Source of the DNA: Eledone cirrhosa | Lineage: Eukaryota | Reading direction: 5' to 3' | DNA: 64,000 nucleotides | NCBI GenBank assembly: GCA_964016885.1 | Contig: OZ024747.1 | Location: 2,728,001 to 2,792,000, forward strand | Shown here: piece after piece, positions 13,698-26,597 of the stretch | Layout of the letters: every line of letters starts with the position of its first letter | How positions within the stretch are numbered: the stretch's first letter is position 1 | The notes under the pieces: generated by a model | What the model saw: the letters and a program-made list of their open reading frames with translations, nothing else | Databases searched by the model: none | Told to the model about the DNA's origin: nothing | Made by a program: the position numbers and the translations under genes

Positions 13698-14035
13698 GGG
13701 CACATGGCTTAGTGGTTAGAGCATTGGCCTTGCAATCAAAAGGTTGTGAGTTCAATTCTCAGACCGGGTGATGTGTTGTTTCCTTGAGCAAGACACTTTA
13801 TTTCACATTGCTCCAGTTTACTCAGCTGTAGAAATGAGATGATAGGGACTGGGGTCCATATCATTCCACTGTAAAGTGGTCGTGGAGGTGCCATGGTAAA
13901 AAAGCACCCAGCACTTACTGTAAATGAGGTTGGTGTTAGGAAGGGAATCCAGCTGTAGAAATCAAGCCAGAATCAGTTCCCGTCCCACCCTTGAAAGCAG
14001 GGAAAAAGCGGACGTAAAATGAAATGAAATGAAAT
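13698..14035 (+). mobile_element. Full-length CORE-like SINE with RTE-derived tail (OR2-like)
   Basis: A box tggcttagtgg, B box gagttcaattc, CORE-like domain, ggttggtgttaggaagggaatccagc motif and (GAAAT)n tail. Confidence 0.88.
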
Positions 14036-15012
14036 ATATATGCACAGAGAGAGAGATAGAGAGAGAGAGATGGGGGGGGGGGGGGAGAGAGAGAGAAAAG
14101 TGACGAAACTGAAATTTTGAAATTACTGCTACTTTCCTAGTTAGAAAATATAATTTACACTCTACTTAAACTTATTGAGTGCTCATTCACTTTAAAACTG
14201 TTCAATGTACTATATTTATGTTTTATGTACTTTCTTATGCACCCCTTCTAATACACATACACAACACATACACACACATAGATATATACATGTATATAAA
14301 TGTGTATACCAAATCACATACATAAATGAATATTTAAACTTATATATGCATGTTTATATAAATATTTATATATATATATATATGAATTTATATACATAAT
14401 TATATTGACATACAGATATATAAAGTTACCCATATAATTTTATTAACCTTTAATATTCATTTTACATGCTGATATTAAGCTAATATAGTTTTCTCTCTGA
14501 AGATCATCTTCGTATTTTCTGATCTAATCAGATCCTAAAAATATTGTTTTGTTAATCGCTGTTCCTTTCAGCTCCTCTTTTTGTCAGACACAACAAATAC
14601 ATTCGTGTATCTTTTTCAGTTGTCTCTCTTGCATGAATGAAAGAAAACTTTTAACAAATATTTCGTCACTTCTATTCATCCATATTTAATCTGTCTTCTC
14701 TTAAATGTTTATGTTATATAACAAATGAAATGTTTTCTTTTTCCTTTGGAGACTTAAGTACTGCATTTAGTTAACACATTTCTCCACCTCACATCTTCAC
14801 ACTTCTAAATCATGTAATAGCATGCTTTGAAACATAAGATATTTCTTTTTCTCAATCTATCTGACATCACTGTCTTCATTGTGTGTGACAAATACTACCT
14901 CATGCACACACATATACACACATACACAAACACACACAGCTACACATACACAAACGTACAAACACACACACACACTGCCATATATGTAGATTAGAAATGA
15001 AACTGGAATATA

Positions 15013-15192
15013 TATGAGGGTAATCCCAAAAGTAAGGTCTCCTTCCAAGGAAAACATGTGTAAAGATCGGCGGATCACTCTGGATGCTCTCTGGATTTTG
15101 GTTCCTGAGGTTTCCCGAAGCATCATCCACAGGATTTTATCGGAAAAGTTGCAATATAGGAAGGAGACCTTACTTTTGGGATTGCCCTCGTA
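15013..15192 (+). mobile_element. Mariner-derived MITE (internally deleted)
   Basis: About 30-bp TIRs (ta)tgagggtaatcccaaaagtaaggtctcctt / aaggagaccttacttttgggattgccctcg(ta), TA at both ends, internal HTH remnant DRRITLDAL..SRSIIHRILSEKLQYRK. Confidence 0.9.
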
Positions 15193-15203
15193 TATTATTC
15201 TCG

Positions 15204-15632
15204 CCCTGTAATGGTGGTTGTATTGGTGACAGGACAAAAAGTACCCAGTCCACCCTGTAAAGTGGTCATGTTGGTGACATGACAAAAATCCCCCAGTTCA
15301 CCCTGTAAAGTGGTCATGTTGGTGACATGACAAAAAGCACCCAGCCCACCCTGTAATAGTGGTTTTGGTGGTGATATGACAAAAATCTCCCAGTCCACCC
15401 AGTAAAGTGGTCATGTTGGTGACATGATAAAAAGCACCCAGCCCACCCTCTAAAGTGATCATGTTTGTGACATGACAAAAGTACCCAGGCTACCATGTAG
15501 AGTGGTTGTGTTGGTGGCATGACAGAAATATCCTGTCCACCCTGTAAAATGGTCATGTTGGTGACATGACAAAAAGCACCCAGTCCACCCTGTAATGGTG
15601 GTTGTATTGGTGACATGACAAAAAGCACCTAG
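15204..15632 (+). repeat. 48-bp minisatellite array (about 9 copies) related to the RTE/SINE 3' region
   Basis: Unit acccagtccaccctgtaaagtggtcatgttggtgacatgacaaaaagc; period 48 (cag at 15246, 15294, 15342). Confidence 0.9.
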
Positions 15633-15642
15633 CATTCCTCCT

Positions 15643-17086
15643 CATCATCATCATCATCATTTTACGTCTGCTTTTCCCTGCTTGCAAGGGTTGGAAGGGT
15701 CCTATTCAGCACAGCATCTCTCCACTTGTCACGGTCCTTCATCATCTCCTCCGTGAGTTTCAGCGATCTGAGGTCTGCTCTCACCACCTCTGCCTATGTT
15801 TTTTGTGGTCTACCTCTACTGCGTCTTCCCTCCACTGGGACTTCCTGGCACTTCTTCAGCCATTGGTCAACCTCCATGCGCATCACATGTCCATACCATC
15901 TCAGCCCTCTCTCCTGCACACCACAACTTATCCCTCTTATACCCAGTTTCTTTCTCAACTCGTCTATGCTTGGTCGTTCACGCACATTGACATTGCACAT
16001 CCAACGGAGCATACTTGCTTCATTTCTCTCCAGCCGACGCATATCTTCTGCAGTTGCTGCCCATGTCTCACTACCATGCAGCATCACGCATCTCACACAG
16101 GCATCATATAACCATCCTTTCGTATGCAGGAGAAACCCTTCTTTGTCAACAGAGGAAGCAGCTCCCTAAACTTCTTCCAACCAGTCCTTATTCTAGATAC
16201 TATGGCCTCGGAACACCCCCCTCCCATGCTAATCTGATCACCTAGGTACCGGAAGCTATCAACCACTTCTATAGAACCCACCTGCATTGGAAAAATGAGT
16301 CTATCACAGCGATTACTACTGCCAACTTTCCCTGTACATCTTCTACTGCATACATAGTTTTCCCTACCTGTTAGTTTGCCTGCTATCCTACTACATCTCT
16401 TGTGTACCCAAGATCTGCATTGCGTACATTTTATAGAATTTATGCCAGTTCCTTTTCAGCATATTGAATATGGCCATTTCCCTGATGGAATCAGAGTATT
16501 GTCCTCTCTTCTACTTATCAACACCTTTGTTTTAGCTATGTTCACTCTCAGGCCTCTTGATTCCAACTGCTGTTTCCATAGCCAGAATTTATTCTCTAGC
16601 TCCTCTACTGGTTCTGCTTTAAGAACCAGATCATCAGCATAGAGAAGTTCCCATGGGCATCCAGTCTTAAACTCCTCTGTTATGGCTTGGAGGACTATAA
16701 TAAACAAGAGTGGGCTGAGGACCGAACCTTGATGTACACCTACTTGTATCTGGAATTCCTCACTAAACTCCATTCCTACTCTCACTTTACTGACAGCACC
16801 CCTGTACATAGCTTGCACTGTCCTCACAAGCCATTCCTCTACACCTAGTTTCCTTAGGGACCACCAGATGACAGATCGAGGTACCCTATCAAAGGCCTTC
16901 TCTAGGTCAACAAAAGCTAAGTATAGTGGCTTATTCTTCTCTTCTTGTAGTTGCCTCACTATGAAGAGGGCATCTGTTGTACTTTTCCCAGGTACAAAAC
17001 CAAACTGCATCTCATCTAAATTGACCCTTTCTCTAATCAGTTGCGTAATATTCTCTCTACCACTTTCATAACCTGATCCATCAGCT
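15643..17086 (-). mobile_element. RTE-clade (BovB-like) LINE, 5'-truncated, disrupted RT with PHD-like finger
   Basis: ORF pieces QFGFVPGKSTTDA..DLEKAFDRV..GVHQGSVLSPLLF..LLYADD and GSETW..RWYGHVMRM..RGRPQKT; (CAT)n tail at 15643. Confidence 0.95.
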
Positions 17087-17208
17087 TTATGCCCCTATAA
17101 TTGCTCCAGGAAGGTTTTGTTTGAAACAACACGAGTAAACCTTCTTAAAGTATTTGGAAAAAGTCAGAACAACTGAATACAAAATTGTGAAACAAAATAA
17201 CAAGACAG

Positions 17209-17700
17209 TTTGTGTGTGTGTGTGTGTGTGATTGTGTGTGTGCCTGTGATTGTGTGTGTGTGTGCCTGTGTCTGTGTGTGTGTGTATGTGCCTGTGATTG
17301 TGTGTGTGCCTGTGATTGTGTGTGTATGTGTGTGTCCTGTGATTGTGTGTGTGTGTGTGTCTGTGTGTGTGCCTCTGATCGTGTCTGTGTTTTATGCCAT
17401 CTAAAGTTATGTTAACAATATCTTCTAAAAGTTCTTTATTCTTGAAATAGTTCCAACTTTTTATCAAACTTTCATCACTCTTTGAGTTGATGTTGAAATG
17501 ACAATATGATGCATACTGTTGCTGCTGTTGTTACTGTTGCTGTTACTGTTGCTGCTGTTACTGCTGCTGTGGTTACTGCTGCTGCTGTTACTGCTGCTGT
17601 TGTTACTGCTGCTGTTGTTACTGCTGCTGCTGTTACTGCTGCTGTTGTTACTGGTGCTTCTGCTGCTATTGCTACTACTACTGCTGCTACCACAGCTGCT
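17209..17700. repeat. (GT)n-based repeat (17209-17390) and (GCT/GTT/ACT)n trinucleotide tract (17516-17700)
   Basis: Direct inspection. Confidence 0.9.
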
Positions 17701-17960
17701 GTGTTCAATATTATTTCAGTATAAAGATTAGTGTTTTGTATGTGGCCCCTTTAAGTATAATATCGTGACTAGGGCTGCTGTGTCTTTTCTTTCATATAAT
17801 CCACACTTAACTCTCCGCTAGTAAAACGACTTTCTTCACAACTCCTTTCTTGTATGATCACAGACTCCCCACCCCCGAGCACCTCTCTCTCTTTCATTTT
17901 TTCTCTCTGTTTTTCTCTTTTTCTCTTTCTCTATAAATACACACACACACACACACATAT

Positions 17961-18013
<53 letters not shown>

Positions 18014-18055
18014 AACTATAAAAACTCTCAAATCAAAACTCTGTGGTGAAATAAT

Positions 18056-18242
18056 TGTTTCTACTTTAGGCACAAGGCCAGCAATTATCTCAGTGCATTA
18101 CTGGTACTTTATTTTATCGACCCCGTAAGGATGAAAGGCAAAGTTAACCTCGGCGGGATTTGAACTCAGAATGGAAAGGGGCGTAACTCTATGCGGCAAA
18201 GCATGGCGTCCGACCCTCTACCGATACTGCCAATCCACCGCC
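18056..18242 (-). mobile_element. Full-length tRNA-derived SINE (Meta-domain-like) with TSD
   Basis: Flanked by ctgtggtgaaataat (18041) and ctgtggtgagataat (18243). Confidence 0.9.
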
Positions 18243-18732
18243 CTGTGGTGAGATAATGAAAGTAAATTGTTTCTCACTCATATTTCATCAGCCTATACAA
18301 GTTAGATAACTGCGGAAAACATGATGCACACTTCCAGTTTTTAACAATCATCATTTCATTCCTATTGAAATTATTGAATAATAAACTTTGATTTGGATCA
18401 CAGGATAAGAGATCTGTTTCATGACTATGTTGTTCTAGTTTCAATCCAGCTGTGTAGCACCTTGAGCAAGTTTCTGCTACTGGAAATTCGTGATCACCAA
18501 TAACTTGTGTGTGGAATTCAGTGAATAGGAGCTGTGTTGAAGCTGCCTGTATGTATATATGACACAGCTAACTACAAGTAAAACTTCAAAGTCACTGTCA
18601 ACTTTGTTCTTGTAAAAATAAATTCCATACACTACATTTATGTATTTAAAGCTCATTCAGTTTGACTGTTTGATTGTCTCTATGTATGGTTTTACATAGA
18701 AAATATGTATATATATATATGTGTGTATATAT

Positions 18733-18767
<35 letters not shown>

Positions 18768-18803
18768 TTTACGTTCGCTTTTCCCTGCTTGCAAGGGTGG
18801 GAC

Positions 18804-18841
<38 letters not shown>

Positions 18842-18999
18842 TTTACGTATCGAGAAAGAGAGAAAAAAAGGAGGGATAGGTGATACATATAGCTATTTGC
18901 CAAGTAGCGTATGCCAAAGGTGCTCGATACTAGTGCCGGCAGTATTAAATATTCGAAGTGTTAATATTTAGTGGGCTAGAGAGTTAGCAGAGCGTAAGC

Positions 19000-19373
19000 A
19001 CGTGGGAAAGTGAAAAATCGGAGAATAGACCGTTAAAACATGTTTATTGAAAATATCACCTACGTACGTTTCGCCCAGTTGGGCTTCTCAAGGGCATAAA
19101 CAGTCACAAGTGTTCCTTATATAGTTTGGAAAGAGATTTGGGGGTTAAATCGACATCAAGATTCATTGTTCGCAAAAATATCTTGTTTTGATTTTGCAGC
19201 AGGTCCATGAATCTTGATGTCGATTTAACCCCCAAATCTCTTTCCAAACTATATAAGGAACACTTGTGACTGTTTATGCCCTTGAGAAGCCCAACTGGGC
19301 GAAACGTACGTAGGTGATATTTTCAATAAACATGTTTTAACGGTCTATTCTCCGATTTTTCACTTTCCCACGT
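19000..19373. mobile_element. Perfect 167-bp inverted repeat; Penelope-like inverted pLTR pair
   Basis: 19000-19166 is the exact reverse complement of 19207-19373; each arm has TATATAA, a hammerhead-like core and AATAAA in that order. Confidence 0.75.
19276..19318 (+). ncRNA. Minimal type I hammerhead ribozyme-like motif (U3-A8 core variant); mirror copy on - strand in left arm
   Basis: UUGAGAA-GCCC aacu GGGC-GAAA-C guac G-UA; stem I is weak. Confidence 0.6.
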
Positions 19374-19379
19374 ATATAT

Positions 19380-19493
19380 AGTCCTATGCGAGCAAGACAA
19401 TCACTCTTGCCTCAAGTGGGACTACCCCCGTCCAAACCCATGCAAGCGTGGAACACGGACGTTAAACGTTGATGATGATGATGATGATGATGA
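19380..19493 (+). mobile_element. RTE LINE 3' terminus with (GAT)n tail
   Basis: Reverse complement of 23645-23752. Confidence 0.85.
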
Positions 19494-19537
19494 TATATAT
19501 ATATATATGCATATATATATGTATATGCATATATATG

Positions 19538-19573
<36 letters not shown>

Positions 19574-19587
19574 TGCATATATATATG

Positions 19588-19641
<54 letters not shown>

Positions 19642-19647
19642 TATATA

Positions 19648-19749
19648 AGGGCATCCAGCTGTAGAAATCAAGCCAGAATCAGTTCCTGTCCCACCCTTGC
19701 AGCAGGGAAAAAGCGGATGTAAAATGAAATGATGAAAATGAATGATGAT
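19648..19749 (+). mobile_element. 3' tail of CORE-like SINE/RTE
   Basis: agggcatccagctgtagaaatcaagccagaatcagttcc..gtaaaatgaaatg, as in 13940-14035. Confidence 0.8.
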
Positions 19750-21669
19750 GTGTGTGTATTATTTTACTGGGAGTAATTCCAGTACTATAATAATATATAA
19801 TATTCTCTACTGCAGTCCATATTATACTTTTTCTGTCTCTCTATTTCTCTCCTATCTATATTTTTTCTCTTTTAGCAAAGCCCTATGCTCTGTTCTCTCT
19901 TTTCTTTATCAGTTGCTGCATTTCGGATACTTTTTCACGAAAAGGCATACATTTTCCTCTCTTTGTTTCTTCCTGGTTTGTTACATCTCATTGTGCACTG
20001 GAATGAAAAGTACCAACCTTAAATATACCAAAACTGTAGTGATTTCCAGAGATTGACTGATATGGGACTGTTCATTTTTCCATTGTATTTGTCCGGTGTG
20101 CCCCACTGTTTTGAATACACAAATACACACACACACACATGTATATACATATGTGGTGGTGGTGATGGTGGTGCTGGTGCTGGTGGTAGTGATGGCATCT
20201 AATATTCATGTGGTTCTTCTAGGTTTTCCTGATCCTGGGACAATATACTGGCTGAAACCCGCTTTTATAGGCCCTGGGAGTAAGGAATTCAAAATTAAAT
20301 ATCTTTGCTGAAAGCTGAGTACTTGTGCCTCACCAGCGATATAGTATAAACAGTTGTCATTCAATAACACCCAATTTATATAAATAATTAGTAAGTTTAT
20401 TTATGAGAGTTGGCTGAGATGTTCATAGACTGACCAAGATACTCTCATGGAATGACCAAATGAGGTTTATTTTTCAGCAAAGTTCCTGGAAAGAAACAAT
20501 GTCATTATTAATGAGAAGAGTTGAAATTAATGCATGCAAGATTTTACAGCTCTAGCATCACTCCTTCATAGTCAACCTATGAACATTTCAGCTGACACTC
20601 CTATATATATATATATAAATGTTCAGATGGCAGTTGAAGACGAAATCAAACAAAATGACTTTCAGTATTTATTCAAATTGCTTCATTTTATTTTCTCATT
20701 GCAAATTCATATATTCAAACTATTACAATTCTTCTTAGAATATTTAAGGCTATTGTAAATACTGACTGATTTCTTACAATTCTAGATTTTACATTGTACA
20801 GGAAAGGACTGTTAAAAATTAACAGGATTTTGTGACAAAATTTCACCAATTTGTGATAGTATATCTAATAAAATGCACTCTATTAGAATTAATGTAAATG
20901 TGGTTGGTATTAGGAAGGGCATACAGCCATAGAATCCAAGCCAGTTCTGTATGAGCAAGATATGGTCACTTGACCTGACTTGTCTCAAATGGGACAACTC
21001 ATCTAACCCATGATAGTGTGGAAAGGTGGATGTTAAATGGTGATAATCATGATGAGGAGATTATGAGAGATTTACTAAAATTATTAATTATTTCTTGATT
21101 AAGATAGTAACATAATGGAGAAATGCCTTCTCCATTCTGTCTTCCAGGGCTGTGGGGAGGCCATCAATATGATTACTTAAGCCTTTCATTACCATATTTA
21201 CAACACCCAATTTTCCAGCTCTATCTCTCCTGACTCCACCTCAGAATACCAAGAGCCCGTGTCCACCTCTATCCACCATCTTGTTTCCTTCTGTCTCCAT
21301 ACTCCACTACAAAATACAGAAGTAAATACATATATATAAATGTAGTCAGTGTGTTGACTTGTCTCAAATATTATTAGCAGAAACTCCAGTGCCCTGCAGT
21401 GGGGGTTTGTATGTATGTCTTCTCCCACTTTTTCTCTTTTGTATCAAAAGGGTTAAACTTCCTGTTTTCTCAAACTTTTGATAAGTTTCAAAAAAGTCTG
21501 TAAATATTTATTCTAAATACATCATATATCACTCTAAATGTTTATATCAATCTCCATTTGTAAAAGGTAAAAAAATAATAATAAAATAATAATAAAATAA
21601 TAATAAAATAAAAATAAAAGACAGCCAAAAAGCATAAAAAAACAAGGACAAAACAAAAATAAGAAACAA

Positions 21670-22432
<763 letters not shown>

Positions 22433-22520
22433 TCATCATCATCATCATCATCATCATCGTTTAACATCCATCTTCCACGCTTGCATGGGTTTGGACGGGA
22501 GTTTTCCCACTTGAGGCAAG

Positions 22521-22551
<31 letters not shown>

Positions 22552-22595
22552 CATATATAGATATATATAGTATATTTATGTATATATATATATAT

Positions 22596-22978
22596 ATATT
22601 GTTATGCTTTGGGAGGGTCATGTTGCCAATAAGAAACACACGCACCAGTTGCTTTCACTTCAATTTATTATAAATTAAATTTATAAATTTAAGAATTTAT
22701 AAATTTCCGGTTGGTTGGTTCCACAACCAGACGATTGTTCATATATTGTCAAAGTTCTTTCATCACACAGTCTGTGACCTCTTCAGTGACTGGGGATTCT
22801 TTTCTTTGTTTTTGTGCCTCTCCTTTGTTCTGTCCTACGCCATCTTGTTTTTCAACCAACCAACCGGAAATTTATAATTTCTTAAATTTATAAATTTAAA
22901 TTATAATGAATTGAAGTGAAAGCAACTGGTGTGTGTGTTTCTTATTGGCAACATGACCCTCCCAAAGCATAACAATAT
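22596..22978. mobile_element. 125-bp inverted repeat with 133-bp spacer; Penelope-like or MITE
   Basis: Arms 22596-22720 and 22854-22978 with few mismatches; spacer has a CUGAAGA..GAAA motif on the - strand. Confidence 0.65.
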
Positions 22979-23032
22979 CGGTTTCAACACACGTTTTCAG
23001 ATAAAGAATCTTGCTAAACAAGTTCAGAAACG

Positions 23033-23069
<37 letters not shown>

Positions 23070-23283
23070 CTAAAACTGTTCATGTTTATAGTGATTTGTA
23101 TGTTTGAATTCCTCCATTTGAAATTTGAAATCATCCCAGCACCTCTATAAGTCATAATATATATATATATATATATATCATGTACAATATATTCTCAATG
23201 AAACTATAGCACTCCAATAAGTGAAAAATTAGTCAATTGAGGTAGCAATAATGAAATAATACTATATATATAATATATGTAGG

Positions 23284-23316
<33 letters not shown>

Positions 23317-23419
23317 CAATATTAACAAAAGGAAACTATATTTATAAAACCATATTTATTTCATTATACATATATATATATGTATGTACGTGTGTGTGTG
23401 TGAGTCCCAGGTTCAATCA

Positions 23420-23645
23420 GTGAGTAACCCCAGTAAATAAGGTACTCAATACATTAGTAGAGTGTAAACATCAAATTTAATATAGAAATGGCTTCTACAG
23501 AAATAGATGTTTCATTCAAAAGAAATCATCAGGAAAGCCAACTGTCATTGTAATATGCTTGTATTTATATCACAATGACAGTTGGTTGGCTTTACCTGAT
23601 GATTTCTTTCAAATGAAATAGTTCTAGTTTTGTAGAAGCCATTTC
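23420..23645. mobile_element. Older Penelope-like inverted pLTR remnant
   Basis: Imperfect arms 23485-23551 and 23572-23645, each with cctgatga..gaaa. Confidence 0.55.
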
Positions 23646-24065
23646 ATCATCATCATCATCATCAACGTTTAACGTCCGTGTTCCACGCTTGCATGGGTTT
23701 GGACGGGGGTAGTCCCACTTGAGGCAAGAGTGATTGTCTTGCTCGCATAGGACTGTCTGGCAGGTTTTCTACAGTTGGATGCCCTTCCTAACACCAACCA
23801 CATTTACAGTGTGGGTCTGGGAGGTTTTTACCGTGTTGCCTACACGGCCACATTACAGCGTGGACTGTGTGTTTTTTTGTCGTGACACCTACACGATCTC
23901 ATTTGTTTCGGCCTCGATGGCGCGGCACCAACATAACTTTACATAGAACGGGGTGGTGTGGATGGGGTGGGGGTGGGGGTGGTGGGACGGGGTGTATTTT
24001 GTTAGAGATGCCTACTGGCTGGAGTAGGTTTTACTATATATTTAGGTAAGGCGGGTCATTTCTGT
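23645..24065 (-). mobile_element. RTE LINE 3' UTR
   Basis: (CAT)n tail, ggatgcccttcctaacaccaacc motif; colinear with 24382-24810. Confidence 0.85.
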
Positions 24066-24189
24066 ATCAAATTTGATATATATATATATAGCGTGGAAGA
24101 TAGACGTTAAACGATGATGATATATATATACATATATACGTACCTGTATCAATCGACTTTCGTCAAATCAGACCAAGGAAACAATGTTT

Positions 24190-24360
24190 CCATTGGTCTT
24201 TCCAATTGCTAATACTATCTATCGGTGGCAACTCCAGGTAGAAGGAGCAACGTGAAATAAAGTGTCTTGCTCAAGGGCATAACGCATCACCCGGTCCGGG
24301 AATCGAACAACCTCACAATTGAGAATCCAGTTCTCTAACCAATCAGCGAAACGCCTTCAC
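24190..24360 (-). mobile_element. CORE-like tRNA SINE, partial
   Basis: ggagcaacgtgaaataaagtgtcttgctcaaggg..gggaatcgaac. Confidence 0.7.
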
Positions 24361-24381
24361 AATATATATATATATATATAT

Positions 24382-25024
24382 CATCATCATCATCATCATC
24401 TTCGTTTAACGTCCATTTTCCATGCTAGCATGGGTTAGACGGGAGTTGTCCTACTTGAGGCAAGATTGGTCGGGTGACCATGTCTCGCTCATATAGGACT
24501 GTCTGGCAGGTTTTCTACGGCTGGATGCCCTTCCTAACACCAACCACATTTACAGTGTGGAACTGGGAACTTTTTACCGTGTTACCTATATGCCCACATT
24601 ACAGCGGGGACTGTGTGTTTTTTTCTCGTGACACCTACACGATCTCGATCTCATTTATTTGGACTTGATGTTGTGGTACCAACTTTATAGAGAGAGGGTG
24701 ATATTGGTGGGAGTGGGAGGATAGGGTAGGGGTAGTGGTTTGGGGTGTATATATTGGTTAAGAGGTGCCTACTGACTGTAGCTTTCGCTTTGTACATAGG
24801 CAAGGCCGGTCTTCTGTATTACTGTATAGCACCAAAGATCTTAGTCCAGTGATATTGTCTTGGAGAGGTGCAAGTGTGTAAGGTCGGAATTTATCAGATC
24901 GTCCCAGGTTTTTCTGGGTCTACCTACTCCGTAACTACCATCAATTTTGATCGCCCTGCACTTTTTTATACAGCTGTCGTCTTTCATGCGCATCACATGG
25001 CCATACCAACGTAGTCTTCTCTCG
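24382..25024 (-). mobile_element. RTE LINE 3' end with C-terminal coding remnant
   Basis: RRLRWYGHVMRMKDDSCIKKCR..GVGRPRKTWDD on - strand, followed by 3' UTR and (GAT)n tail. Confidence 0.9.
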
Positions 25025-25144
25025 AATATATATATATATATATAACATTTAAATATAAATTAATATATATGATGAAACACAAATACCAACATATCTGCAT
25101 TTATATTGCAAAAGAAATTTAGTTAGCTAGAATGAAATATACCA

Positions 25145-25237
<93 letters not shown>

Positions 25238-25621
25238 TATATACAAAGATAAAGAGGCAAACAGATAACACTGTTGAGAGATATTTTGAATTCTGGTATC
25301 AATGAAAGCATCAAAATAAATGATGTAGTTAGATTTTGAGCCTATGTGTAACAGACAGACAGCAATGACTGCCATTATAATATAGATCTATATCTTATTC
25401 TATATCTATTTCAGTCTCTTTATTTCATTCATTTATCAACTCTAATCCTTCCCCAGCCTCCCTCTGTATATTAGAATTTATAGACAATGAGGCAATGCAG
25501 ATCTGAACAAAGGCATAACATCCTTCGTACAAGTCTGTTAAGGCTAACTTTTACTTCTTTTACAAACTATTCATCGATATCTTTTATTTTTTGTTTTATC
25601 CTGTGTTATAATTTCATTATT

Positions 25622-25850
25622 TTAACCCTTTAGCATTTAAACTAGCCATATCCGGCCAGAATTCTCTCACCTCTTTCTGTTCAAACTGGCCAAAACCAGC
25701 TGCTCATACTTATGTTAATGTCTTCCTCTCAAAATAAATAATATTAGAATCTCATAGATTTGATATTATGTGAGATAATTATATGAGATAAAGGGTTTAC
25801 CATGAAAATACAATAGTAAATATAGAATAATGCAAATGGTGAAGGGTTAA
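25622..25850. mobile_element. TTAA-flanked MITE (piggyBac-type termini)
   Basis: ttaaccctt...aagggttaa ends; internal aactggccaaaac shared with 30841 and 60107. Confidence 0.6.
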
Positions 25851-25859
25851 TCCATAAGA

Positions 25860-26056
25860 GAGCAGTGGATTGGCAGTATCGGTACAGTGTCGGGTAACAT
25901 GCTTTTTAGCATAGAGTTACGTCACTTTATGCATCTGAAGTCAGTTTTACCTTTCGTCCTTACAGGGTCAATAAAATAAAGTACCAGTAATGCACTGGAG
26001 TTGATTTACTCATCTTTCTCCTCTCCCAACATTTTTGGCCTTATGCCTAAATGAGA
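25860..26056 (+). mobile_element. tRNA-derived SINE (Meta-domain-like family)
   Basis: gcagtggattggcagtatcgg..gggtcaataaaataaagtaccag. Confidence 0.75.
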
Positions 26057-26327
26057 TATTTTTTTAATCTATATACAAATTATCTCCCTTACCTTATACT
26101 AACATTGTTAGTATAAGATGTAATCTGCCAACAATGTAAGATTTGTGATAACCAATCAGAAGTCTACATACTGTCCACCATCTTAGTTATTGTAAAATAT
26201 TGCTAACCTGAACTGTAAACTGAAGAACTTAGAGGATTCCAGTCAGATCTGGTTGAAACTGACCAACTTAATCGTTTATACTCTAACATTGGTATTGAGT
26301 ACTCTTTCTTTCATTTATTGCATCTAA

Positions 26328-26597
26328 CACACACACACCCACACACACTCTCTCTCTCACACACACACTCACTCACTCACTCACACACACACTCACACAC
26401 ACACACTCACACATACACACTCACATACACACACACACACACTCACACACAGTCACACAGACGCCCTCACACACACACTCACTCACTCACACACTCACTC
26501 ACACACACTCACACAATCACTCACACACACACACACACACACTCTCACTCACACACACACACACTCACTCACATGCACTCACTCACACACACACACA
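26328..26597. repeat. (CA)n/(CACT)n tract
   Basis: Direct inspection. Confidence 0.9.

Noticed and set aside
13698-13770. tRNA gene candidate
   Set aside because: A/B boxes belong to a SINE head followed by a CORE-like body; no full cloverleaf
17475-17731. Antifreeze-like Ala/Thr-rich ORF
   Set aside because: Trinucleotide tract with no signal peptide or splice support
21120-21430. GC-richer segment, possibly a decayed Tx1/L1 ORF (similar doubts at 46810-46930 and 52020-52160)
   Set aside because: No diagnostic motif recognised
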